Shown piece after piece: positions 1 to 11,509 of a stretch of DNA of 64,000 nucleotides. The translations under genes and the position numbers were made by a program. Position 1 is the first letter of the stretch, and the number at the start of each line of letters is the position of its first letter. Under the pieces are notes generated by a model that ran no database searches, was not told where the DNA came from, and worked only from the letters and a program-made list of their open reading frames with translations. Origin of the DNA: Azolla caroliniana (lineage: Eukaryota > Plantae > Polypodiophyta); the NCBI GenBank assembly GCA_043228905.1, contig JBHGNT010000003.1, positions 20,398,001-20,462,000 on the forward strand, in the 5' to 3' direction.

Positions 1-544
1 AAACCATTCACATTCTAATATCAAGCATTGAAATCATAATTTCAACCGTAAACCAATATAGCTATTAAGGTCACATATCAATAAATTGTATACTTTAAGG
101 TCACATATCACACAATATTAACTTTAATCTAGCAAAGCATTAAACCGATAAACATTCTAATAGCAAGCATTAAAATCATCAAAAACATGTTCTAAACAGT
201 TTCTAAACCCTAAACATTGTCCCTATCATTCTAAAATCAAGTCATACTATCACATTAAAATCATAATATCAACCAAAACCTTCTCCCAAACCCTAATTCC
301 TTAACATGAAAAAAAATTCCTCAACTATTCCAAACCCTAATCCCTCAACTATTCCTACCACATGTAAATAAAATCAGAAAATGTGATGTTATAGGGTTTA
401 GTACATACCTGGGAATAGTAGGGGATGAGATTGATTGCCGAGTATGTCGATTGCAGGCCACCTGAAGATACTTTTCCTTCCCGGCAAAAAAACCCTGTCA
501 ATCTCGTTTGAAAAAATGAGAGATAAAGACAGGTTCCAGGGTTT

Positions 545-845
545 TATAGTCATCGGTTGGGCGACCTGCTTCGATGAGGTCGATGGTTGGGCGACCAACA
601 TAATATAAACTTACCTGCGGTTGGACGACTTGCTTCACCGGTTGGGGACCTACTTAAACCGGTCACCCAACCGTTTTAAAAATATAACTTAGTTGGGTGA
701 CCACAATCAAATCAGTTGGGAGACCAAACTTAAAATGGCAGGTTGGGCGACCACATTAAACCGGTTGGGAGACCACATATGTTAAACAGGTTGGGCAACC
801 ACAATATCTAGGTTGGACGACCAGGATAGGTAGGTTGGGCCGATT
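545..845. repeat. Array of about 12 degenerate copies of a 12-bp motif (GGTTGGGCGACC) with short variable spacers; probable DNA-transposon subterminal repeat
   Basis: Motif variants visible near 555, 585, 619, 639, 692, 714, 741, 763, 789, 811 and 833, plus one inverted copy (GGTCACCCAACC) at 661. The preceding AT-rich region has repeated AAACCCTAA and CATTCTAA motifs. Confidence 0.7.
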
Positions 846-1562
846 GAGAACTCAGACACCTTTTTTTTTCACGCATTCTTTCTTATCCAAATCTGACAGT
901 GCAGATCGCACACACCTTCCTTTGAGCGACCTGCACCGTCTGTGACCATGATTCCCTCGGCAGCCCTCTTTATGATTTGTGTCATAATAGACACATCGGG
1001 TTGGGCCATGGATTGGCATGCCAAACCCTTGCCATGGCAATCAACTTTTTGGCATGAATCTCAATCCAATTGGAATGGAATGATAAAAGAATGAGTGTGA
1101 TGATTTTTTAAAACAAAAAAAAACACACCTAAACTGGAAGAAGAAGAAAAAGATAAGAGACTTAGAGTCTTTTCCCCTTCCCCTGCTGCTGCTGGTTATT
1201 TGCTCTTAATCTCTGTCTGATCTTTTTGCATCATCATCATCATCATCATCATGGTCATCTTCCTAAGTAAGCTCTCCTTCTCTTCCAAGAGAGAACAGAG
1301 AATACAAGAAATGCAGAGAGAAACATTGGGTTGAGCGCAGTATGGTTTCTTATTGAGAGCTTTACCGATTGATTCTTATCTAGGGATCATCGTATGTTTG
1401 TATATATATATGTATATATATATATATATGGATGGATGGATGGATGTAATTTATTTCATGCGAATACACTTGGAGAAACACTTATTCTCTGATTCCTAGA
1501 CCCAGCTCTCCATTTTGGAGGAAAAGGGAAAAGAGAAAGTGGGTTTGCTTCTTTTGGGATTG

Positions 1563-3680
1563 ATGTGGTCAGTATTGCTCCCATTCAGTTTGCAAGCCTC
1601 TACCCCTGCCAATATACGTCCTGGTGTCTCGGTTCGTGCTTTTAAGGATAAGACCCATGGGAAATGGGTGTTTGAAAAGGACATATTTGATAGCAATGTT
1701 CACAGAGGAGGAAGAAATGATGATGAAATCAACCTCTGTGAAGATAAGGATGAAGAGATTGGATTGATACCAAACGAATGGATTTCTTTACAAGTTGGTC
1801 TTCATAAGACAAAAGCAGAGAGAAAGAAAGAACTCCAGCTTCAACAGTTAGAGGAAACTAAGCGCAAGTCGCTAGAATTGCGTCAGAAAAAGGAACAGCT
1901 TGAAACAAAATTTGCTTCATATAATGCAAGTGATGAATATATACCTTCAGTAAACATTCCAAAAGTGCTACAAGAATCAACTGGTGGAAAGGAAAAATCT
2001 ATACCTCTTGAGGGAAAAAGAAGGGTATATCATAACTACTGTTATTCTAATTACACAAGGGCTCTCTCTAAAGTTCAGTAATATGAGTGTTGTATGGAGT
2101 TCTCATTATATAATTTGATTTCTGTAGAAAGAATCGGACTTTCATCTGTTCAATGATGAGGAAAAAGTTCGTTTGAACCATACCGTGACTGATTGGACAC
2201 AAATTCAATGTGTAAGTTACTCTTTTATAACTTTCTTGTCCTTTAGTTTGTAGTTTTCAACAATAATGTATGTATAAATTTTTTTTCTTCCAGTCTAGAT
2301 TGTAAGTAAATATGTGTTATGCAATGCTATACATAGCATTTCTGAGTTCTGCTCTTTTTTTTATTTGCAAATTTTTGTGTGCGTATGTATCAAAGCTGAT
2401 TAAAATGTATCACTGTACTAAGATTTTGAATCGTTAAAGTTGTTCATTGTAGATAAGAAATTTAGAATGAAGCAAGGTTTATAACACTTTTACTAGGACT
2501 TTGAGATGATTCTGATCTAAATAATTGAATAGGGGAAATGGCCTGTGCTGCATGTACTTGTTTCCTCAGGACAATTTCTTCTCTTGGACGAGTTCCTCAG
2601 ATCAAAGATTGATGTGAATTCTACAGATGAGGTGATTTTTTGTCATTTGTTCTACTAATTTGATGGTAAATTCGTAATTCCTTGACTTTTTGGATATTTA
2701 CCAAATGCCCCTTTGTAGTACATAAGTGACTACTACGGATGGGTATGGCTGGAAGCTTATGCATGTAATATCTAAAAGCCGTTAGGGGTATTTTGGTGTT
2801 TTTCCTTAAAAGTATTCCATTCGTGAAATGGATAAAAACGTGCAGGATGGATATACTGCCATACAAAGAGCAGTGCTCTCCAGGAAGGAGACTGCTGTGA
2901 GCCAACTACTTCGAGCAGGCGCAAATATAAATGTCTATGATAAGGTTTACTTTTTTATTTCTTAAAGTAGAATAACAAACAATGATTGATAGAATGATGT
3001 ATGTATATTGTGCATCAAAAATGGAATTCACAATCTAACAATGTAATATATACATTATACATTCAAGGATAGAATGTACAATGCAACAAATTGATGTATG
3101 TTGGTAATTTGAAGATAAACTATCACTAAATAATGTGATATATTTTGTGAATTCAAAAATAGGAATTGAAAAAAAAAAAAAAACTTTGATTTGACAACAG
3201 GATGGTGCCAGCTTGTTGCATTTCAGTGCTCAGACAGGTTCTTTAAACTTAGTGAGATTATTTGTTAAACATGGGTTGGATGTTAATCACTGCGATGAGG
3301 TATTTTTGTCATTTGAATTCACGTTCTTTCAGGTGTGATGGCTACATTTGATGCATTTTTTTACCCTTAAGTTTGTTCATGTATAGTTTGGCTGGACCCC
3401 ACTCCATATTGCAACACTGATTAGTAGGGAAGACATAGTTAGACATTTGCTTATCAGTGGAGCTGATAAAAATTTGAGAACAAAGGTATGTATATGCAAC
3501 CACATAACCCGGAGCACTTTAACCCTAAATACTTAAACATGAAAACCTAATTGCTAAATCCCTAATCTGCATTTTTTGTTCCAGGATGGGCAGATGCCGC
3601 TCGACATTTGCCTTACATTAGGGAAGGGATTTCACACGTATGCTGTCGCTAAGAGCCTGAAGCTACTTCCGAAAGGTTGA
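1563..3680 (+). CDS. EMB506: Plastid ankyrin-repeat protein, EMB506/AKRP family; 7 coding exons (1563-2024, 2128-2211, 2533-2631, 2846-2944, 3201-3299, 3387-3485, 3585-3680)
   Basis: All GT-AG introns are phase 0 and join in frame. The translation has KWPVLHVL, DGYTAIQRAV, DGASLLHFSAQTG, GWTPLHIA...GADKNLRTKDGQMPLDICLTLGKGFHTY, matching the five-ankyrin C-terminus of EMB506/AKRP as I recall it. The N-terminus looks like a transit peptide. EMB506 versus AKRP orthology is not resolved. Confidence 0.85.
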
Positions 3681-5681
3681 TGAAAAATGAGAACAGAGGA
3701 AGCTGTTGATTGAGTTTTAACTTTCCACCATACAGTTTTCTGATCATTGCGATGTTGAATCCAACCATTGAGATTCATATAAATAGCAGCCACGTACAAA
3801 ATGAATGAAATGATGACATATTATGCCACAAATCATGCCAAAAGCAGTATAAGAAGAGATGCTAATATATACTGTTTCAAATTATCATTTGGGCAGTGTG
3901 AGATTCATATAAGTAACAAACAAATCAACCTGCAATAGAAACAGCCATTGATGGAGATATAGGTTATGGTTGCATGCTGTAAGAAGAGAGAACACATCTA
4001 GCAGAAAACCCTAGGATTTTATGTTCCATGAAATTTTGGGGAGAGTGAATAAGGTTGTGATTCTTGTATGTAATTGATGTCAACATATTTACTCCATTAG
4101 AAAGGAGAAGCAACTATGGATGGTTCCCTCTCTTTGAAATTGGCCAATATAGCGAATTCAATTAATTTCCCTCATATTTTGAACGGATAAGTATATTATT
4201 GTAAGGATGTTATCAGTTTGCAAAGTTTTGAAGGATTTTGCCATAATTCAAATAATGTTCAAAGGTTCTATTTCGTGGTAGTTTGCAAATGGGTGATACA
4301 ATCCAATATTATAGCTAAACAGTCGGAGAGCTGTGTTAATTGCTTATAGCACTAAAGTGGAATTGTCATCCAATTTTACCTATAATTGTAATGTTGGGAC
4401 CAATGTATTTCCTTAACAAATAGGGTCCAATTGACTAGTCTGCCAATCCTCTTTGAGCTTTGTCTATATGATTTTTGCATGTCCTATTTTATACTATGTG
4501 CTCTTTTGAATTGAAACATCTAGTAAATTGTTAAAGAAACCTTAACAATAGCGGGAAAGATAGGGCTTTTCAACCCTTGAGCATGGTTTATAAGTTGGAA
4601 TGAGACCTGCATTGCAAACTTTTAGGTATCTTGGGTTTAGTGATGCATTGTAGACAAAGATTTCATATCCACACTAAGTATGATCACTAGAGGAAGATGG
4701 AAACAATGTAGTATTTACATATCTTGTTACATATAAGGTGATTAATTGTAGATCTATGTTGGCTCCATGATCATCATGAATGTGATCTAATAAAGCAAGA
4801 CATGATAGTGGCCATATTTATACCATTAATATAAGGCCATGGATGGCTTGAGCTAATAGGCACATCTCTCATGCAATAATGTAAGGTGGTGCACATGTGA
4901 ATCATAGTCGCATTCATTGTGGGCAATCATATGATTGTGCACACATGAATGAACAAGCCTATCTCAGCCCGATTTTATGATGGGTTTATGTCTAGACCAT
5001 AGCCATTCACACATATTTAGATAACATAGGTAGATGGGCCCCATGAATGTAAGGTTACCTAGTATGAACCAAATACCTAGTTCGTTGTATACTAATTACC
5101 CCTAGATTTATATTCAAACCATAATCTCTCAAAAGTGGTCAACCAACAATCATATACTTGAGCTAATTTCAGCTTAATCCGCTTCAATAGCATGCAGAGA
5201 ACAATTCACATTAGAGATTCATTAATGAGGAAAACACAAGAATACCACTAGCTTGTCCTGCATTTACTTGAATACTCCAAATTCTAAACAATTACTAGAG
5301 TTTTTTTTTTTTCGGGTAATTTACTAGAGTATCTCTATTTGAACACATCCAAAAAATCAGGGGGGGTATCGATAATGGTTTAATCCTCAGATTTTCAATT
5401 GTGGTGATTGGAACTCAAAATCACATCGGAACAACATATATAACACACACACAGGACAAATTGTTCACATCTAATACCGACACCGACAAAAGAAGAACAG
5501 AGGGCTCATTGATGAAAGGGGTAGCGTTTTAATGGTTGTGTGCTCAAATTCTATCACACCAGTATTGGGTTCCTTACTTCACAGGACAACTTATATGGAC
5601 CCTTTCCTTCTCTCCAGTTCTGGCGTCTGATGGTGTTTCCAAGCTCGTTGATTCAAATCCTTCCATTCTTTAGAAATCATT

Positions 5682-8600
5682 ATGTTTTCCAGAAGTGCCG
5701 ATGGATTACCTCAATCTCAGTTCTTCTGCGATTCCTTACAGATATGGAACAACACCAAACACAAGGTAAGCATGTATACATCTATAGATCTATCTCTCTA
5801 TATATTTTACGCACAAACATTATATGTATGTCTTTGTCCATGTGTGTGTATATGTATTTATGTGTATACGCACATATGCGTATATATATGTTTAAGATAC
5901 TTATTCATATACACACATACATTTGTATATACGTAAATATAATGCATGATGATGATTGATCTAGAGTAAGATGAAACTTATAATGTCGAGTATGAACCTT
6001 AATATAAAAGCATTCTGTGCTATTTACTACATGGGTAAAGGAATATGTATTATCAAATTAATGCCTTGGAAAAAGCATTATGAAGAGGTCAATTCATCCC
6101 AGATATTAGAGAATATATCAAATTATTTTTCTCACAGGGAAATCATGAGTAACCTTTTGTGTGTTAAGTAAGAAATGCGTGGCAAAAGCATTACAATGAT
6201 ATATCATTTGAATTATGATAGATAACAAAACTAGGGAGAACAAAGCATCAAACAGATGATAAGTAACATGTATGTATCATCCATATATGTGTGTGTACAA
6301 ATATGTGTATGTATTTGTATTTTATGTATATATAGATATAGATATGTACATCATAGCATATGACATCTCTTGTTTCTTGAAGCATTGAATCATCTGTTTA
6401 ATACAGAGACGTAGGAATTTGGTGAAGTATCATGTAACATTCAGAATCAAACAGATTGAGGTTCCATTATGGAGGGATAATGGCCATAGTCTGGATCCCA
6501 GGATAACAAGTTTTGGGTTGAAATTTGGAGTATTTTGTGATGCATTTTGTCAGTTCAAGGGTGAGGATAAACCCATTGTAAGTCATATACATAATCTCCT
6601 TCAAGGTCATGGCAAAGAGGGGGATAAGATCTTGGTAACTAATGACCATAATGCTCTTCAAGATCGTGGCAAGGGTGAGAATAAATTCATGGTAACGCAG
6701 GGGAATAATCTTATCCGAAATCATGGTTCAGATGATATTCAAGATCATGGCAAAGGAGAGGGTAAATTCATGATTACTTATGGGGATAATCATCGTCAAA
6801 ATCATGGCATGGATGAGGAGAAGAACATAATAAGTAATGGTAATAATTTTGATCATGGCAAGCATGAGGATACGCCCAATGGGCTTTACTCTCTTCAAGT
6901 TCGTTGCAAGGAAGAGGATAATAAGACTAAAGTAACGCGTGGGCATAATCTCTGCCAAAGTCATCGCAAGTCTCTTATGACCTCGATCAAGTATTGCGGA
7001 AAGAGAAAAGACCTAGAGGAGGCCAAAATGCTACATTTAGAGGCTCTTCATAGGAAATTATTCCCAAAAGATGTATATATAAGTACTGCCATACTTAGTT
7101 TGTACATAAAATGTGGTGCCCTTGGAGAAGCTCAGAAGGTCTTTGATGAGCTCGCAATCAAGGATGTGGTATCGTGGAGTGCACTTATCTCTGGATATGT
7201 TCAACATGGATTCTATGATAAAGCTTTGAAATGTTTTCAACAAATGCAAGATGAGCACATCTCACCGAATGAGGTCACCTTTATTTGTATTTTAAAAGCT
7301 TGTGGGGGCACTGGATCTATAGAAATGGGCAAAAGAATACATGACGAGGTTAAGAAGTTAGGTTTATTGGAAAAGGATGCATTGCTTGGTACGACTTTGG
7401 TGGATATGTATGCAAAATGTGGTCTTCTTGGAAAGGCAAGAGAAGTATTTGAAGAACTTCCTAACCGAGATGTCATAGCTTGGACCGCACTTATTACTGG
7501 ATATGCCCAACAAGGCCTTGGTACTGAATCTTTGAAATGTTTCATACAGATGAGAGATGAAGGTATCACTCCCAATGCCGTCACTTTCACAGCCATTTTG
7601 CAAGCTTGTGCTAGCTTAGGATCTCTCGAGATGGGTAAAGAAATACACATGGAGGTGAAGAAAATGGGTTTATTGGGAAAGGAAACTGCTTTTAGTACAA
7701 CATTAATGGGCTTATATGCGGATAGTGGTGCGCTTGGAAAAGCACAAGAAGTATTCGATGAACTTATTGGACGCGATGTTGTAGCTTGGAACACGCTTAT
7801 AGCTGGGTACGCACATAATGGACTAGGCCACGAAGCTCTGAAATGCTTTTCAAGAATGCAAGATGAGGGTGTATTGCCTAATGCAATCACATTTACGTGT
7901 ACTCTGAAAGGTTGTAGTACTATAAGGTGCCTTAGGATGGGAGAAGAAATACATGCTGAGCTTCGAGATGGGCGGTTGTTGGAGAAGGATATTTTGCTTG
8001 GGAATGCATTGATTGACATGTATGCCAAGTGTGGTGTGGTAGAAAAAGCACAGAAAGTCTTTGAAGAACTTCCCGAACGAAATGTAGTCTCTTGGAGTGC
8101 ACTTATTTGTGGATATGCTCAAAAGGGTCTTACTAATGAAGCCCTAAAATGCTTTCGGAAAATGGAAGATGAGGGCTTTTCACCGGATGTAGCTACTTTT
8201 GTCTACATCTTGAAAGCTTGTATGAGTATGGAATCACTTGAGTTGGGAGAAGCGATACATGCCGAGGTCAAGAAAAAAGAGATATCGGGAAAGGATGAAA
8301 TGCTGGGTAATACTTTGGTCAAAATGTATGCCAAGTGCGGTGCACTACGAAAAGCAAAGGAAGTATTCAAAGAGCTTCAAGTACCAGATGTTGAGTCATG
8401 GAATGCTCTCATGTTTGGGTATACCCAAAATGATCTCAATGGTGAAGCCATGAAATCCTTCTGGTGGATGCTGGAGAATGGTATTTCCCCAAATTCACTT
8501 ACCTTCATTTGTGTTTTGAAAGCTTGTGGCCGCCTAGGGTGGCTTAAAATAGGAAAGGAGATCCATTCCATGATCAATAGGTGTTCATTTGAAAAGGATG

Positions 8601-9772
8601 TAGGGTTTGGAAATACATTAATGGATATGTATATTAAGTGTGGTGATTTGCAAAAAGCTCAAGAAGTATTTGAAGAAGAGCTTCTGATAAGAGATGTGGT
8701 ATCATGCAATGCACTTATAGCTGGGTACACCCAGAGGGGCCTCGGCCATAAAGCCTTGGAGTGCTTCAAAAGGATGCAGGATGCAGGTATATGCCCAAAT
8801 TCAGTCACATTTATTTGCATTTTGAAAACATGCGGATCCTTAGGATTGGTAGAAATAGGAGAAGAAATATATGCTGAGGTCCAAAAGCAAGGGCTGTTTG
8901 AGAAAGATATTATGCTCACCACATCATTTGTGGAGATGTATATGAAGTGTGGTTTAGTAGGAAAAGCACACAAAGTGTTTGAAGAGCTTCCCATACAAGA
9001 TGTTGTAGCTTGCAATGCATTAATGGCAGGGTATGCTCAATGTGGACTCCATGATCAGGTTATGAGCCACTTTGTGTGGATGCGAGAGAAGGGTATAGAC
9101 CCAGATGGAGCTACTTTTACTTGCATTTTGAGAACTTGTGCAAGCCTAGGGACTCTTAACATTGGAGAAGAAATGCATACCGAGATTTGCAACAAAAGGC
9201 TATTGGATAAAGATAGTGTGCTTGGCAATACATTAGTAGACATGTATAGCAAATGTGGAATGCTCGAGAAGGCACTCCAAGTATTCCAAGAGCTTCCGGA
9301 ACGTGATATAATAGCTTGGAGCACACTGGTATCTGGATGTGCTCAAATGGGTCATATTGAAAGGATTTTGGTCTTGTTCGGCAAAATGATGGCTGAAGGT
9401 GTTGCTCCGAATCATGTTATTTTCCTTGGGCTTTTGGTGGCATGTAGTCATCAGGGTCTAGTAGAGGAAGGGCAAAGAATCTTCAATGAAATGATGGGTA
9501 TTTATTGTCTTGCTCCCAATATACAACACTACACTTGCATGGTTGATCTTTTCAGCAGAGCGGGGCATTTTAATAAAGCGATAATTCTGCTTGAAATGGT
9601 ACCTGCGTCTGATCAGCGTGCGCCTTTGCTCTCTATTCTGGGTGCATGTCAGAAATGGGTGAACTTGGACATCGGGAGATGGGCCTTTTTGCAATCGCAA
9701 AAACTGAGTGAAGATTGCCCTACAGCATACATGTGCATGGGAAATATTTATGCAGCCTCTGATACAAGTTAA
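5682..9772 (+). CDS. PLS-class pentatricopeptide repeat protein with C-terminal E domain and no DYW (organellar RNA-editing specificity factor); probable small first exon 5682-5765 spliced to 6407-9772
   Basis: The 1117-aa ORF has about eight P-L-S triplets (DVVSWSALISGY / PNEVTFICILKAC / LGNALIDMYAKCG) followed by HYTCMVDLFSRAG and an E-type tail ending AYMCMGNIYAAS. Donor AAG|GTAAGC at 5765 and acceptor ACAG| at 6406 join in frame. The first exon is less certain than the main ORF. Confidence 0.92.
6590..6970 (+). repeat. Coding minisatellite (57-bp / 19-aa degenerate repeat) in the N-terminus of the first PPR gene
   Basis: Units begin at 6590, 6647 and 6704 (57-bp period): HNLLQGHGKEGDKILVTND / HNALQDRGKGENKFMVTQG / NNLIRNHG, with further degenerate copies up to HNLCQSHRK. 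Confidence 0.8.
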
Positions 9773-11509
9773 TAGTGAGCTTTTACTGAAGAGGGAAAAA
9801 AGAAGCATGGAACACGAGCTCAAATCAGATTTTGGACCAACATTTCAGCTTTGGAATTTGAGCTTCCTCTCCTATCATCTTGCATCCACTAAATTGCCAC
9901 CATGTCAGTTCCATGCTTTCTTACCTTGAGGACATGGATGAAGTAAACCACATTTGATGAATTCGACCACTCATTAAGGAAGGGAGAAAATGAAACAACC
10001 TGGTTCATAACAAGGAAACGAGACCGCTGGAAAATGAGACGTCAATCATGAAAACAATTGATTGTTCCTACTTCACTATGTCAGGATTGGCGCATAAAAC
10101 AGATTGAACAAAACCAGAATTACATCTCTGCACATCACCTAAGATCAAGGATATGCAACAGAGTGTGTTTTATAATGGGCATGCAAGTTCCCAACATGCG
10201 AAACATCGTTCGGACGTAGTATGAGGTCTAAACAAGATCGTCATTGCTTGTGATCCTGATTAGGTGAACCTACACGTTGGTTCAAGTCAATCATTACAGC
10301 TAAATTTCCATGTGCACTAGCTTAAAAACTAAATCCCAGCACCAGTTCCAATGTTGTTGGAGTAAAAACCAATCAATCCTACAGTACAATTTGGCAAACA
10401 TATTACAGAAGCTATTTAAGGCAAGTGATCAAACTTGTAGATTTATGGTCCATGATCAAGCCTGCGAGAATGCATACTTGCACCTACCTCTTGACCTAAT
10501 TTTCTCCAAAAGGATATATTCTTATCCATTGTTATTGCATGAAAACCAGATAAGAATATCACCCATTGTATACATCCACTAACGTCGTAAGACTAAACTC
10601 AAAACTTTATAGACAGCTTTAGAGAAGTCTTAAACTTGGAATCAAGAAATAAAATATGAACATTACTCTTTGTAAACATACATAAAGAGTATTCCTCATC
10701 AAGGGAGCTTTTACACAACGTAACTTAAAAATTCGAATTCTCTTTGATGTTCATCATTACAATCAAGCGCAAACAATGGGGTCTTACATGTCATGTACAC
10801 GTGAACACCAATACAAAACCGCAAAAGACATTGAATAAATCTCATCGTCCAACCATATAGTCTACTATGTGTCAATTAACAAAAATTTACGATCAAGAAT
10901 GGGGTAAAAAAAAAGGATCCCAACACAATACCTCTTACTGATTTGTTGAGTGAGTATTTTTTCGGCTTTTCTAGAATTATGGTGAGCTTTTTTATTTTTC
11001 CAAAAGCCCAAAAAAAATGTTTAAACAAGAAAAACGTGAGCACTAATGTAGTTGTGAATCGTGATATATGTATGTATGTCAGTGCAGATTATGATCAAAT
11101 CTCCAATTGCAGGTTTGTGGAAAATTGAATGGGCAACTTGTGGGCAGTGTGGAGCAGGTAAGGGGAGGGGAGGAGAAACCCATGAACCATAATGAAAAGC
11201 AGGGGTAATTGGGGCAGTAGGATGGGGTGAATTCTCTCGTCGTTTGATCTTTTGTTCTACTGTACAAAGTGAAAATATAAGAGAGTAGCTCTTAGGAGAT
11301 AAGTGATCGTCGGAAAGGAGAACGAAAAGAAGCATAGGGCCTGATGTAGTGAGAGCAATCCAATTGGTTATATGGGCTTCTTCTTCTTCATCATCATTCC
11401 ATCCGGACTCCCCATCTTAGGAGACCCATGGAAACTTCAAGTGCAAGTTGATCGGATCTCTGATGTATGGTCAGATGAAGACGGATAGATAGATAAGACT
11501 GTTTCTCCC

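Noticed and set aside
200-345. Telomere or interstitial telomeric array
   Set aside because: Only isolated AAACCCTAA motifs are present, with no tandem array.
545-845. CRISPR array
   Set aside because: Repeats are only about 12 bp, degenerate and in both orientations, spacers are too short, the context is eukaryotic and there are no cas genes.
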